DNA of 64,000 nucleotides from an uncultured Methanosarcinaceae archaeon. GTDB lineage: Archaea > Halobacteriota > Methanosarcinia > Methanosarcinales > Methanosarcinaceae. How positions within the stretch are numbered: position 1 is the first letter of the stretch; each line of letters starts with the position of its first letter. Shown here piece after piece: positions 10,391 to 24,369 of this stretch. The stretch lies in contig CAVRJG010000052.1 in NCBI GenBank assembly GCA_963721455.1, positions 96,001-160,000 on the forward strand, in the 5' to 3' direction. The position numbers were made by a program, and so were the translations under genes. The notes below the pieces were generated by a model. It ran no database searches. It was not told the origin of the DNA and was given only the letters and a program-made list of their open reading frames with translations.

Positions 10391-11032
10391 TCATACTCCC
10401 ATCATCATTCTTAGCATCCTGTATGAGGCCATGATCTGGTTGTTTCCATCCCTGTCCGTAGGGGCTCCATGTCCAGAATACAGGGCTTTTACATCAAGTT
10501 TTGTTAGTTTTTCCACTGAGCCAAGCATCTTTTCAGGTTCTGAACCTTCAAAATCCATTCTTCCGAAACCTCCGCCCGGAAATACAGTGTCCCCGGAAAA
10601 GATGCTTTTTGAGACCGGTTCATAAAGGCAGATACTCCCCTTTGAGTGGCCAGGCGTGTGGATGACTTCCAGGTATTCCCCATTTCCGATGTCAATTTTG
10701 TCCCCTTCTTCATATGTAATTGTAGGCTTGACAGCAGGTGCGCGGTCTCCGAAGAGTACAGACACACTAAGGTATTCGTCACTTACGCCCTGAAGGTCGG
10801 CTTTGTGTATCCCGACTTCTGCACCGCTTTTTTCTGCAATTGCTGCTGCTGCCGCAGTATGGTCATAATGGCAATGGGTCAGGATTATAAGTTTCAGGTC
10901 TGTAAGCTTGATATATTTCTCCAGTTGTTTAATAATCAGATCACTATTCATTCCCGCATCGATCAGGACCTTCCCATTTACCAGATAGACACTGGAATCG
11001 TAAGCTGTGGGGCAAATGTACCGGACTTCCAT
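10391..11032 (-). CDS. Metallo-beta-lactamase fold hydrolase (glyoxalase II-like)
   Basis: THCHYDH, HTPGHSKGS, FSGD, YSGHG motifs. Confidence 0.9.
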   Translation of the reverse strand: MEVRYICPTAYDSSVYLVNGKVLIDAGMNSDLIIKQLEKYIKLTDLKLIILTHCHYDHTAAAAAIAEKSGAEVGIHKADLQGVSDEYLSVSVLFGDRAPAVKPTITYEEGDKIDIGNGEYLEVIHTPGHSKGSICLYEPVSKSIFSGDTVFPGGGFGRMDFEGSEPEKMLGSVEKLTKLDVKALYSGHGAPTDRDGNNQIMASYRMLRMMMGV

Positions 11033-11105
11033 GTTTTTTCCTCTCCTATTTCTCTCTCTATTTTCTCTTTTTCCTTTCTTTTTTCCTTAGAACTATTTTA
11101 AAACC

Positions 11106-11879
11106 TTATATATTGAAAGCCCTGCGTGCATTTGCTGTGGCGGATTTAGCGATTTCCGACGGCTCCATATCTTTAAGTTGAGCTACCACAGGGATTGAAT
11201 CCACTATGAAGGCAGGCTCATTTCTGCCTTTTCGGGAAGAAAGGAAGGGACTGTCTGTTTCCAGAAGCAGGTTTTCAAGTGGCACCTCTGCTGCGAGAAC
11301 CTGGTGATGCTTGGAAAAACAGACAAGAGTTGCCAGGGAAATGTAGTACCCCATATCTACGATTTCCCTCATGGTCTCAACAGAGCCGCTGTAACAGTGA
11401 TAGATAACTGTATCTACACCCCTGACAAGTTTCAGGACTTCAGCTTCAGCCAGCCGGGCGTGCACCACAAGAGGTTTGTCCAGGTCTTTTGCAAGCTCTA
11501 TTACTTTTTTGAATGACGCTGTCTGACTTTCCCGTTCCTCATTTGTTTTGCAGTCCTGAAAATCAAGGCCTGCTTCCCCAATACCAACTGCTTTTCCTGC
11601 ATTGGCTTCAATCTGGGAAAGGATAGCATTTATTTCTTTATCTTCACCCTCTCTACCGATATCAGGACTCAGGCCAAGTGTGGCATGAATATCTTCGTGC
11701 TTTTCCGCAAGTTCAAGACTCATGCGGTTGCCCTTCAGCGAAATTCCGGAATTGATCATTCCGACAATTCCTGCTTCCCTGGCTCGGAGAATAGTCTCTT
11801 CCCGATCGCGGTTGAATTTAGGAAAATCAAGGTGACAGTGAGAATCAATAATTGGATAAGGCATGGGTTTGTATTCCAT
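11106..11879 (-). CDS. tatD: TatD family nuclease
   Basis: IDSHCHLD, GIGEAGLD, VVHAR, HCYSG, LLETDSPF..GRNEP. Confidence 0.92.
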   Translation of the reverse strand: MEYKPMPYPIIDSHCHLDFPKFNRDREETILRAREAGIVGMINSGISLKGNRMSLELAEKHEDIHATLGLSPDIGREGEDKEINAILSQIEANAGKAVGIGEAGLDFQDCKTNEERESQTASFKKVIELAKDLDKPLVVHARLAEAEVLKLVRGVDTVIYHCYSGSVETMREIVDMGYYISLATLVCFSKHHQVLAAEVPLENLLLETDSPFLSSRKGRNEPAFIVDSIPVVAQLKDMEPSEIAKSATANARRAFNI

Positions 11880-12019
11880 CTCATTTTATTTTACTTTTCA
11901 TATATGACTTGTGGAATACAAACCCCAAAAACGAATAGACACCAGTCCTTATCCGATTTTTTTGTCTGAAATTATCTTTGAACTACAGTTTTTGGGCTCT
12001 TTTAGCCGTTTCTGTCAGT

Positions 12020-13570
12020 TCAGATCTTTGCTTCCTTTTTATACAGCAGGTTCATGGCATTCACAAGGGCTTCTACAGAGGCCATAACTATGTCCGTGTT
12101 TGCAGACCTGGCAGTTACAATTCTGCCCTGTTCGTTTTCAAGACCTATGTATACATCTGCAAGGGCATCTGCTCCTCCGGTAATGGCATCGATCCTGAAA
12201 TCCTGGAGTTTAAAGTGGTTACTCTCTCCCAGGATATCCCTTACAGCATTGAGGGCGGCATCTACAGGGCCAACTCCGGTCCTTGCTGCAATGACTTCTA
12301 TGCCTTGAATGTCTGCCTTGACCACTGCCGTGGGCGTCAGGATGTTTCCTGTCATTACAGATACTTCTTTAAGTTTGATCAGTTCTTCTTCGGAACTTGC
12401 TTTTCCAAGCGCGGCCGAAGCAACTGCATAGAGGTCGGCATCTGTGATCTGTTTGCCCTTGTTTGCAATCTCTTTGATTCTGGACACAATTTCATCGAGC
12501 TGCTTGTCATTTGTTATTATCCCGGCAGATTCGAGGGACTGCTTGACTGCATGTTTGCCTGTATGTTTGCCGAGGACAATACGCCGTCTGTGTCCTACCA
12601 TTTCCGGAGTCATTATTCCAGGCTCGAAGGTATCGGATTTTTCAAGCACTCCCTGGCTGTGGATTCCCGACTCGTGGGAAAAGGCATTCTGGCCGACCAC
12701 AGGAGTGTTTGGAGGAAGCCTGATTCCAGTATAGTTTTCAATCATTTTAGAGGTTTCAACAAGGTATTCGGTCCGAATGTTCGTTTTTGCCCCATATATT
12801 GCCGTAAGGCTCATTACTGTCTGGGAAAGGTCGGCATTTCCTGCCCTTTCTCCTATGCCGTTTATCGTGACCTGAACCTGGGACGCGCCTGCTTCGACAG
12901 CCATGAGGCTGTTTGCTACCGCAAGCCCGAAATCATTATGGCAATGTACATCGATAGGAATTGTTATTTCAGCAGCGATGTCCTTTATCTGCCTGTACAT
13001 TGCGGACGGAACCATAATGCCGACAGTATCTGGCACGTTAATGATATCGCATCCTGCTTCCTGAACTGCCTTGAAAACCTGCATGAGGTATTCAGGATCA
13101 GTCCTTGTAGCGTCCATTGCAGAAAACATGCACTTCCGCCCATGGTCTTTGATGTACTGGACAGCTTCTACAGCCAGTTGAATGACTTCTTCCTGGCTTT
13201 TTTTAATGGTGTATATCCTCTGTACATCTGAGGTAGGGACGAAAGTATGCACTAGGCCAACGTCGCTATCAAAACAGGCATCGATATCTTTTTTCAACAC
13301 ACGGGCAAGCCCACAGACTTCGGTATCCAGTCCGGCATTAGAAATCGATTTTACGGATTCTTTATCTCCTTCTGAAGAGATAGGAAATCCAGCTTCTATT
13401 ATGTCTACCCCGAGTTTGTCAAGTTGACGGGCAATTTCCAGCTTCTGAGTAGAAGTCAGGGAGACCCCGGGGGTTTGTTCTCCGTCACGCAGTGTTGTGT
13501 CAAAAACAGTTACTTTTTTATTCTGCATGGGTTCGATGTAAAAATCGATCCCTTCTTTCAGTTCGTACAT
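12020..13570 (-). CDS. leuA: 2-isopropylmalate synthase (LeuA/CimA family)
   Basis: DTTLRDGEQTPG, HCHNDFGLA, GIGERAGN, HESGIH and a C-terminal regulatory domain (GPVDAA); cannot be fully separated from citramalate synthase by eye. Confidence 0.75.
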   Translation of the reverse strand: MYELKEGIDFYIEPMQNKKVTVFDTTLRDGEQTPGVSLTSTQKLEIARQLDKLGVDIIEAGFPISSEGDKESVKSISNAGLDTEVCGLARVLKKDIDACFDSDVGLVHTFVPTSDVQRIYTIKKSQEEVIQLAVEAVQYIKDHGRKCMFSAMDATRTDPEYLMQVFKAVQEAGCDIINVPDTVGIMVPSAMYRQIKDIAAEITIPIDVHCHNDFGLAVANSLMAVEAGASQVQVTINGIGERAGNADLSQTVMSLTAIYGAKTNIRTEYLVETSKMIENYTGIRLPPNTPVVGQNAFSHESGIHSQGVLEKSDTFEPGIMTPEMVGHRRRIVLGKHTGKHAVKQSLESAGIITNDKQLDEIVSRIKEIANKGKQITDADLYAVASAALGKASSEEELIKLKEVSVMTGNILTPTAVVKADIQGIEVIAARTGVGPVDAALNAVRDILGESNHFKLQDFRIDAITGGADALADVYIGLENEQGRIVTARSANTDIVMASVEALVNAMNLLYKKEAKI

Positions 13571-13667
13571 CCATGATAATCATCTACATAAATGTACACT
13601 GCTGGTATATAAATTGCATGCGCGTTTTTGAATGGTTTTATGAAATTTTATCTCATCGAGCCATCAA

Positions 13668-13690
13668 CGGAAAACTATTTATACTAAATG
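13668..13690 (+). promoter_or_regulatory. Putative distal rRNA operon promoter (BRE/TATA)
   Basis: GGAAAAC-TATTTATAC followed by two hairpin-forming inverted repeats. Confidence 0.45.
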
Positions 13691-13931
13691 AACCCCTACT
13701 AGGGTTGCTTCTTAGGGCGTCACAACGCATCTAAGAGAGGAAAAACGGAACTTGAAAAACGAAGTTCGAAAAACGAAATCTTAAAAACAGAATCAGATGG
13801 TTCCTTGGAGCATTGTTTTCTAAACAATGGTTCATAAAAACGGACGAAGTTAAGGATTCGAAAGTATAACTCTTTTGAAATCTTTTACTCATTCACTTTC
13901 CATCTTTCAAATTTGTTCAATCTCCTTTCAG

Positions 13932-13950
13932 GGAGAAGCTTTATATACAA
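13932..13950 (+). promoter_or_regulatory. Putative proximal rRNA operon promoter (BRE/TATA)
   Basis: GAGAAGC-TTTATATA about 250 bp upstream of the 16S gene. Confidence 0.6.
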
Positions 13951-14046
13951 GAAACGTCTTGTATGTATTCCTCACACAAAGCAGTTGTGTGGGTTGAATT
14001 ATATATCTCTTTCATCTTTTAATGGAGCCAGGAGTTATTTCCTGTC

Positions 14047-14085
14047 TGACGAGGATTTTGTCGGTTCGGTTAATTCTGGGCGGTG
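14047..14085 (+). other. 5' strand of the 16S processing stem (bulge-helix-bulge), pairs with 15691-15730
   Basis: GTCGGTT-CGGT-TAA-TTCTGGGCGGTG complementary to CACCGCCCAGA-T-GCCG-ATA-AACCGAC: a 4-bp helix flanked by two 3-nt bulges. Confidence 0.8.
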
Positions 14086-14198
14086 AGAGTTTTTTTACAA
14101 AAACACATCATCGCGAAACTTAGAATAACTGAATTGATAGTTGTTAGTGCAAGTTTCTGCGACCAAGACCTTTAATTTCAAGCAAGTGTGCTATAACA

Positions 14199-15676
<1,478 letters not shown>

Positions 15677-15802
15677 AAGCATAAAAAACCCACCGCCCAG
15701 ATGCCGATAAACCGACAAATCCTCAAATCATTTCATTCTCTAATGCACCCGGAAAGTAAATTTTCGGGGAAGGACGGATTGCCTGTGTGGAAACTCAGGT
15801 AC

Positions 15803-15850
15803 ATGAAGTCATGTATAGGTGCTGTATATTGAACGCTAACTGGACCTGGT
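15803..15850 (+). other. 5' strand of the 23S processing stem (BHB), pairs with 18764-18813
   Basis: ATGAAGTCATGTATAGGTGCTGTATATTGAA-CGCT-AAC-TGGACCTGGT versus ATCAGGTCCA-GGCG-AAA-TTCAATATGCAGCACACCTATACATGACTTCAT. Confidence 0.8.
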
Positions 15851-15865
15851 TAGGTGTAACAGGAG

Positions 15866-18762
<2,897 letters not shown>

Positions 18763-18840
18763 TATCAGGTCCAGGCGAAATTCAATATGCAGCACACCTA
18801 TACATGACTTCATCATTTTCCCCAATCCCATTTATAGGTA

Positions 18841-18967
18841 GAGTCTGGCGGCCATAGCGGCAGGGCAACTCCTGTACCCATTCCGAACACAGAAGATAAG
18901 CCTGTCCACGTTCCTTACTGTACTGAAGTACGCGAGTCTTCGGGAACTCTGGATCGCTGCCATGCTC
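18841..18967 (+). rRNA. rrf: 5S rRNA (ends approximate)
   Basis: GGCGGCCATAGCGG...CCCATTCCGAACAC..AAGATAAG...TCGCTGCC. Confidence 0.95.
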
Positions 18968-19176
18968 ACCCTATACTACTTTAAATCTATTCTAAAATTG
19001 TTCTTTTTCTAATACTGTTTTACTGATCATTTACTGATGTTTTTACTCCTTTGAAACTAATTTCCTCTTTAATTTTTGATAATTACATCTCTCTTATTGT
19101 TTCTTAATTTGCTTGAGCGAGCGAAGAAGTCTAAATTACAAAATAAAATTAGTCATGAACTTGGAAAAGTTTAAAA

Positions 19177-21359
19177 TCATTTATTACTGCTCTCAAGTTC
19201 TTGATATGCTTCTTTAAATTGTTCTTCTCCCATTTTTTCTTTCAATCCATTCATACATTTTAGCGCTAATTGCATGTATGGAGAGTTAAGATTCTTAAAA
19301 ATTGAAAATGCAGTGAAGTAACATTTGAGTGCTTCTACGTATTTTTCATTATCTTCATTAACTCTACCAAGCTGACCCATTGTTATTGCAATTCCGCTCT
19401 TGTCCCCCAGTTCTTCTTCCATTTTCAGGGACTGGTCATACTTTTTCACGGCTTCTTCGTAATTGCCCTGAGAATAATGAACATTTCCAAGCTGGTGCAG
19501 TGTTCCTGCAATTCCGCTCTTGTCCCCCAGTTCTTCTTCATTTTCAGGGACGTCATACTTTTTCACGGCTTCTTCGTAATTGCCCTGAGATAATACATTC
19601 CAAGCTGGTGCAGTGTTTGCAATTCCGCTCTTGTCCCCAGTTCTTTTAATTTTCAGGGACTGGTCATACTTTTTCACGGCTTCTTCGTAATTGCCCTGCT
19701 GCTGATGAATCATTCCAAGCTGGTGCAGTGTTCTTGCAATTCCGCTCTTGTCCCCCAGTTCTTCTTCAATTTTCAGGGACTGGTTGTACTTTTTCACTGC
19801 TTCTTCGTAATTGCCCTGATGCTGATGAATCATTCCCAGATTATGACTTGTAGAAGAAATTCCGACGTTATCATGGTTTCTTGTGAATATTTCTTTAGCT
19901 TTTTCCAGGCATTTTCTGGCTTCGTAGGGCTTTGATATCTTTATGAGGAATATGCCCAGATCTTGAAGATCGTTTCCATCATCCAGAGTTTCATAATCTG
20001 TCCAGAATTCTCCAAGTCTTTCTGTAACGAGATTTAAGTTGCCAAACCCGTCATAAACCGTTATTCCTGTTTTTATTCTTCTTTTCTTTTGTTCGGTATC
20101 GGGTTCGAGATTATCAACGATTTCCAGCAGTTTTTCTGCGGCTTTCCGGTATATTTCCCTTTCATCTTTGAGTTTTATTATGGAGTTAAGTATTTCCGGA
20201 ATATAGGCACCATTTTCTGCTTTGGCGAGTTCTTCAAAGCTGTGCTTCAGGATTGTTCCGGTAAAGAACTCACGGTTGATGAGATATTCAGATAAGACGT
20301 CGGGGGTCAGGTGATATTTTGATTCGTGCCTGGCAATATGACCGCCTTTTTCCATTTCTATAATTATTTTTTCATACTTTTGCGGGATGTCTGTGACTCC
20401 ACCAGTAATTTCTCCTCCTGCAAGAAATTCTATAAAATCTTCTCCGTATTCTTTTTGGAAGTCTCTTATAATTTTGTCAAAGAATTCTTTGCTTGTTCTG
20501 ATGCCCTGAAATATCTCTTTTGCACTTCTGTCAGGGAGTTGCTTTATGTAATCGAGAGCCAGAAGAGCTATTGCAGGGTTTCCTTCCGATATTCTTTCAA
20601 TTCCCTCTTTTAAATCCCCGTCTTCCATATCTTGCAGTATCCCGCTTATATCCATTCTTTCCAATTTGAGGTATCTGATTGAAGCTGCCCCTATCTTTTC
20701 CTTCAAAGCCTCAACGAATATTGGTCTTGTGGTAATGATGAGCTTTGAGTTTCTTTTGAATGCATTATTTTTTATTTCGTTGAATACTTCCATATTATAC
20801 TGATAATCATCGAAGATGAGTACCGTTTTTTCCGAAAGTTCGGTATTTAATTTTTCTTCAATATCTTTCGGGCTTTTATAATGCCTTAAATTTGCAAATA
20901 GGCACTTCCCTTTGAATTTGAAGTCTCCCGCAAGTTTCCCTGATTCATTAATTCTTTTGGAGATTTCAATTGCAAGTCTTGTTTTCCCGATTCCACTTTC
21001 CCCTGCTATTATAAGGACTTGCTCCGAACTCTTTAAAAAATCGGTTGCTTCTTCTATTACATTTCTTTTAATGTTGTTTTCGATTCTTTGAACATAGGGA
21101 ACGTTAAGCTTTTCCAGTTCTTTTTCCGTAAAATATTTGTTGTATTCTACAAGTGCCTCAGTATCTCTTGGAGTCGAAGTTTTCTTGGAATGAGAAATTT
21201 CTTAATGAAATTCCTGAATAAATAGCCCACAAAACCTACCAGTATCGCTAACGCACCAAGTATTTCACATACTAAAGAAATATCTTCTTTATATGGATAA
21301 ACAAGTGCTCTTATCTCCGATAAGTTTGTCAATGTTGAAATAAGAATCAGGGTATACAT
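19177..21359 (-). pseudogene. TM helix + STAND-class NTPase + TPR-repeat protein, frameshifted at about 21149-21201 and within the TPR repeats
   Basis: The frame of ORF 19177..20793 stays open upstream to about 21201 and encodes Walker A GESGIGKT and Walker B VLIFDD; ORF continues with LIITTR and GNP motifs, then 40-aa TPRs. ORF 21147..21359 supplies the start and a hydrophobic helix in an adjacent frame. Confidence 0.75.
19381..19848. repeat. Four tandem ~120-bp near-identical repeats encoding TPR units
   Basis: GCAATTCCGCTCTTGTCCCC..TTTTCAGGGAC..CTTCTTCGTAATTGCCCTG recurs in units starting about 19381, 19501, 19614 and 19729. Confidence 0.9.
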
Positions 21360-21589
21360 TCAAAATCAGTAAAGGTTTAGAGTAAGTTCTATTAATGAAT
21401 TTTGATTTTATTGGGCGTTTAAATAATTAGTCTGTCAATAAAAGTTGATATTTTTTCCAGAATATTCACATACTTGCATTCTGCCTCTCATTTTCCTTTT
21501 TGTTCATTTTTTGGTTTTCTGTACGCAGGTAGGCTTAGAAAACAGGTGCAGATGAATAAAGTGTATTCTAAGATGAAATCTCAACCAGC

Positions 21590-21750
21590 TAATGGCGCAC
21601 GATCTTCAGGTATAGCTTAATGTTTAACCTGCTGTTCTCTTGGATTAAGTTTGAATTTGGGCAGCCTGTTTATTCATGTTCTCATTTAGCCTTCCTATCC
21701 GGTCATCCTTTGTGTGCAGCTTGTCGTAACGTGCCTGAATTTGTATTTTT
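21590..21750 (-). pseudogene. Probable remnant of a DUF536-type C-terminal coiled-coil gene
   Basis: Minus strand reads LHTKDDRIGRLNENMNKQAAQIQT then, after a 1-nt shift, LIQENSRLNIKL; resembles (from recall) C-termini of Methanosarcina DUF536 proteins; no start codon. Confidence 0.45.
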
Positions 21751-21910
21751 AGAAACTTTTGTAGACTTTTTAATATTTTCTGGGTTTTTGAGTGATGGCA
21801 GTCAACTGCCAGCGGAATCAACGTTAAATTTTGACAATTCCTGAATATTATAAAAATCGTCTAAAATTGTTAAATATCATGAAGCCTTTAATTATTATGG
21901 AGGAATTTTT

Positions 21911-22294
21911 ATGGAAGGCGAAAAAAAAGTCGATGTAGACGATGGAGATATTTTTAAGTATAAACTTGGTAAGTGGGTTCTAAGCGTAGATGAATGTGCT
22001 TTTATGAGTCTGAGAGATATTGAAAAGAATAAATCTATGCGTCAATACCTGATCGAGTCAGTTGATAGTTGGGTTAACAAAAAAGAGGTATTTTTAACAG
22101 ATGAATTTATTTCTGAAATGTGCGACTTTATTAAAAGCGAAAATGAAGACCTTTACTACCGTTTAATGAAGAAATGCGCTCTAAAAGGAATAAGTGTAGG
22201 TGAAGGTATATTTGAAGCACTGAATTTGTTGCAGTGTGGAACAATAAGTGAGCAGCAGTGCAGAGAGGCTAGCGATGACTTCTCTGATGTGTGA
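21911..22294 (+). CDS. Hypothetical protein (127 aa, acidic, 5 Cys)
   Basis: GGAGGA RBS 5-6 nt before ATG; long ORF in AT-rich DNA; no family recognised. Confidence 0.7.
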   Translation: MEGEKKVDVDDGDIFKYKLGKWVLSVDECAFMSLRDIEKNKSMRQYLIESVDSWVNKKEVFLTDEFISEMCDFIKSENEDLYYRLMKKCALKGISVGEGIFEALNLLQCGTISEQQCREASDDFSDV

Positions 22295-22456
22295 TGTCTT
22301 CTGTCTGTTTTTATATCCGCCACGCTGAGCCCCAATAAATTTCAGCATTTCCATTTTTATGTAGTTCCGAATTATCCTGTTTAATCTGAAAACAGAATTT
22401 CATTTTTTGATAAATTTATTTAAATAAAAATCTAACCTATATTTATTGGGATAACT

Positions 22457-23029
22457 ATGGGTTACATCGAAACCTGGAAAGAGGTTATGCAAAGACCGTC
22501 TGATTTTTACAGGGGAATGCCAGAGACCGGAGGATATGCTGATCCGCTCACCTTTGCAGCAATTAGCTTTTTAATATACGGGCTTTTAACCGCACTTTTT
22601 AACCGTGGAATGTATATGGGCGGCATGTACGGTGGGATGTACGACGGAATGTACGGCGGCGTTAGAGAATTCAGCTTTTTCATGGTACTTATGGTTGCGA
22701 TAATAGCACCTATTGCAGGTATCATTTCTCTCTTTATCGAAGCTGCAATATTCTATATTATTTATAAACTTCTTGGGGGGACTGGAAGTTACGAAGGCAC
22801 TGTAAGGTTAATATCTTATGCAACTGCTGTGCTGGTACTTTCCTGGATCCCTCTTGTCGGTTGGATTGTCGGGATTTACGGTATATATCTGTATATCGTG
22901 GGCGGTAGGTTTGTGCATAATGTAAGCATGGGGAGATCCGCAATAGCCGTATTCCTGCCCACCTTACTGGTCTTCCTGCTGGCTATGATTATCGTAGGGC
23001 TGTTAGCTTTTTCCGGAATTTCTTTCTAA
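22457..23029 (+). CDS. YIP1 family membrane protein
   Basis: PSDFY..M, about 5 TM helices, KLLGGTGSYEGT, WIPLVG; GMYG micro-repeats. Confidence 0.85.
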   Translation: MGYIETWKEVMQRPSDFYRGMPETGGYADPLTFAAISFLIYGLLTALFNRGMYMGGMYGGMYDGMYGGVREFSFFMVLMVAIIAPIAGIISLFIEAAIFYIIYKLLGGTGSYEGTVRLISYATAVLVLSWIPLVGWIVGIYGIYLYIVGGRFVHNVSMGRSAIAVFLPTLLVFLLAMIIVGLLAFSGISF

Positions 23030-23174
23030 CCGGGTTACTTTTTTATAGGAAAAACTCCTTCTACTTTTAGAGTCTGTACATCTTAAAAATTTAAGACACT
23101 ATTGCCTCGAACTAAATATTTATATATTAGAAATTCCTTTAATTGAACTACACGAGCAAGACATGCTCAAGAAT

Positions 23175-23246
23175 GCCAAGATGGCGGAGCGGCTACGCAA
23201 TCGCCTGCAGAGCGATACCATTCCGGTTCGAATCCGGATCTTGGCT
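23175..23246 (+). tRNA. tRNA-Cys (GCA), copy 1
   Basis: Cloverleaf GCCAAGA...TCTTGGC-T, anticodon GCA, GGTTCGAATCC T-arm; TTTATATA about 55 bp upstream. Confidence 0.96.
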
Positions 23247-23323
23247 CTTTATTAAATAATCAATTAATCTAAAATTACATATTTAATTACATATTTTAAA
23301 GTGCTTTGAAAACTCTACACGGT

Positions 23324-23395
23324 GCCAAGATGGCGGAGCGGCTACGCAATCGCCTGCAGAGCGATACCATTCCGGTTCGAATCCGGATCTTGGCT
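23324..23395 (+). tRNA. tRNA-Cys (GCA), copy 2
   Basis: Identical to copy 1. Confidence 0.96.
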
Positions 23396-23498
23396 TCTTT
23401 TAAAAATTTTCATCTCTTTTTCATAACTTTTTAATTCCGTGGCTTTTCTTGATTTCGAGGGCCTCGGCTTTTATATTAGAGAATACGAATTCCTGAGC

Positions 23499-24113
23499 AT
23501 GGACATCGATGAACTCATGCGGAGGCTTTTCGAACTTTATCCTGAAGGTTATACTGATGGCTTTAGAGACCCCTTTTTTGTGTTAATTTCCACTGTGATG
23601 TCCCATAGAACCCGGGATGATGTAACCTACCCTTCAGCAAGGAAGCTTTTTGAGAAATTTTCAACGGCTGAAGAAATGGCAGAGGCCAACGTTGGCGAGA
23701 TTGAAGCTCTTATAAGGGATGTGGGTTTTTACAGGGTCAAAACAGGAAGAATAAAAGAAATTTCCAGGATCCTTCTGGAGAAATACGATGGCAGGGTTCC
23801 TGATGATATGGAAACTCTCCTTGAACTGCCTGGAGTCGGCCGAAAGACAGCTAATTGTGTGCTTGCTCATGCTTTCCTTAAAGATGCCCTGGCAGTGGAT
23901 ACTCACGTTCACAGGATTTCCAACCGGCTCGGGCTGGTAAAGACGAAAGTCCCTGAGGAAACTGAAACTGAACTAAAAAAGATCTTTCCACAGAGATACT
24001 GGAAACATATAAATCTCTTGCTTGTAAAACTAGGGCAAAATGTCTGTCGGCCTATTTCTCCCAGGTGTGGAGTCTGCGTCCTGAACGATATGTGTCCTAA
24101 AATTCTCCTTTAA
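23499..24113 (+). CDS. nth: Endonuclease III
   Basis: HhH motif LPGVGRKTAN, VDTHVHRISNRLG, Fe-S loop CRPISPRCGVCVLNDMCP. Confidence 0.93.
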   Translation: MDIDELMRRLFELYPEGYTDGFRDPFFVLISTVMSHRTRDDVTYPSARKLFEKFSTAEEMAEANVGEIEALIRDVGFYRVKTGRIKEISRILLEKYDGRVPDDMETLLELPGVGRKTANCVLAHAFLKDALAVDTHVHRISNRLGLVKTKVPEETETELKKIFPQRYWKHINLLLVKLGQNVCRPISPRCGVCVLNDMCPKILL

Positions 24114-24369
24114 TAGGGAGTTCCCAGTGGCCCCAAAAATTCCGAAATCGAAATTCTGAGGCTCTATCAGGGCTGGAAAAAAACCTTCGGGACGATACGA
24201 GATTATTTATATAAAGCTGGCATTTAGCAGACAAAAGGGTTATGCCTATCCTCAATTTTATTGCAAATCAATTTCAAATATTTGATGGCAAATCAATTTC
24301 AAATATTACCTTACTTGCACGGTTATCAATATTCCGGATATGACATTTATCACATTTACGAGGTCAAAT

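Noticed and set aside
11978-13231. 417-aa plus-strand ORF and many other long antisense ORFs (e.g. 6491..7267, 32457..33251, 43356..44168)
   Set aside because: Shadow frames of well-supported genes on the opposite strand; no motifs or RBS
21147-21149. Pyrrolysine read-through of the TAG ending the 70-aa ORF
   Set aside because: Read-through stays in the wrong frame and stops about 30 codons later; it does not reach the NTPase frame. No canonical slippery heptamer for programmed frameshifting either
18968-23395. Integrative element at tRNA-Cys or tRNA-Met
   Set aside because: No integrase and no partial tRNA (att) copy; the duplicates are full-length adjacent genes
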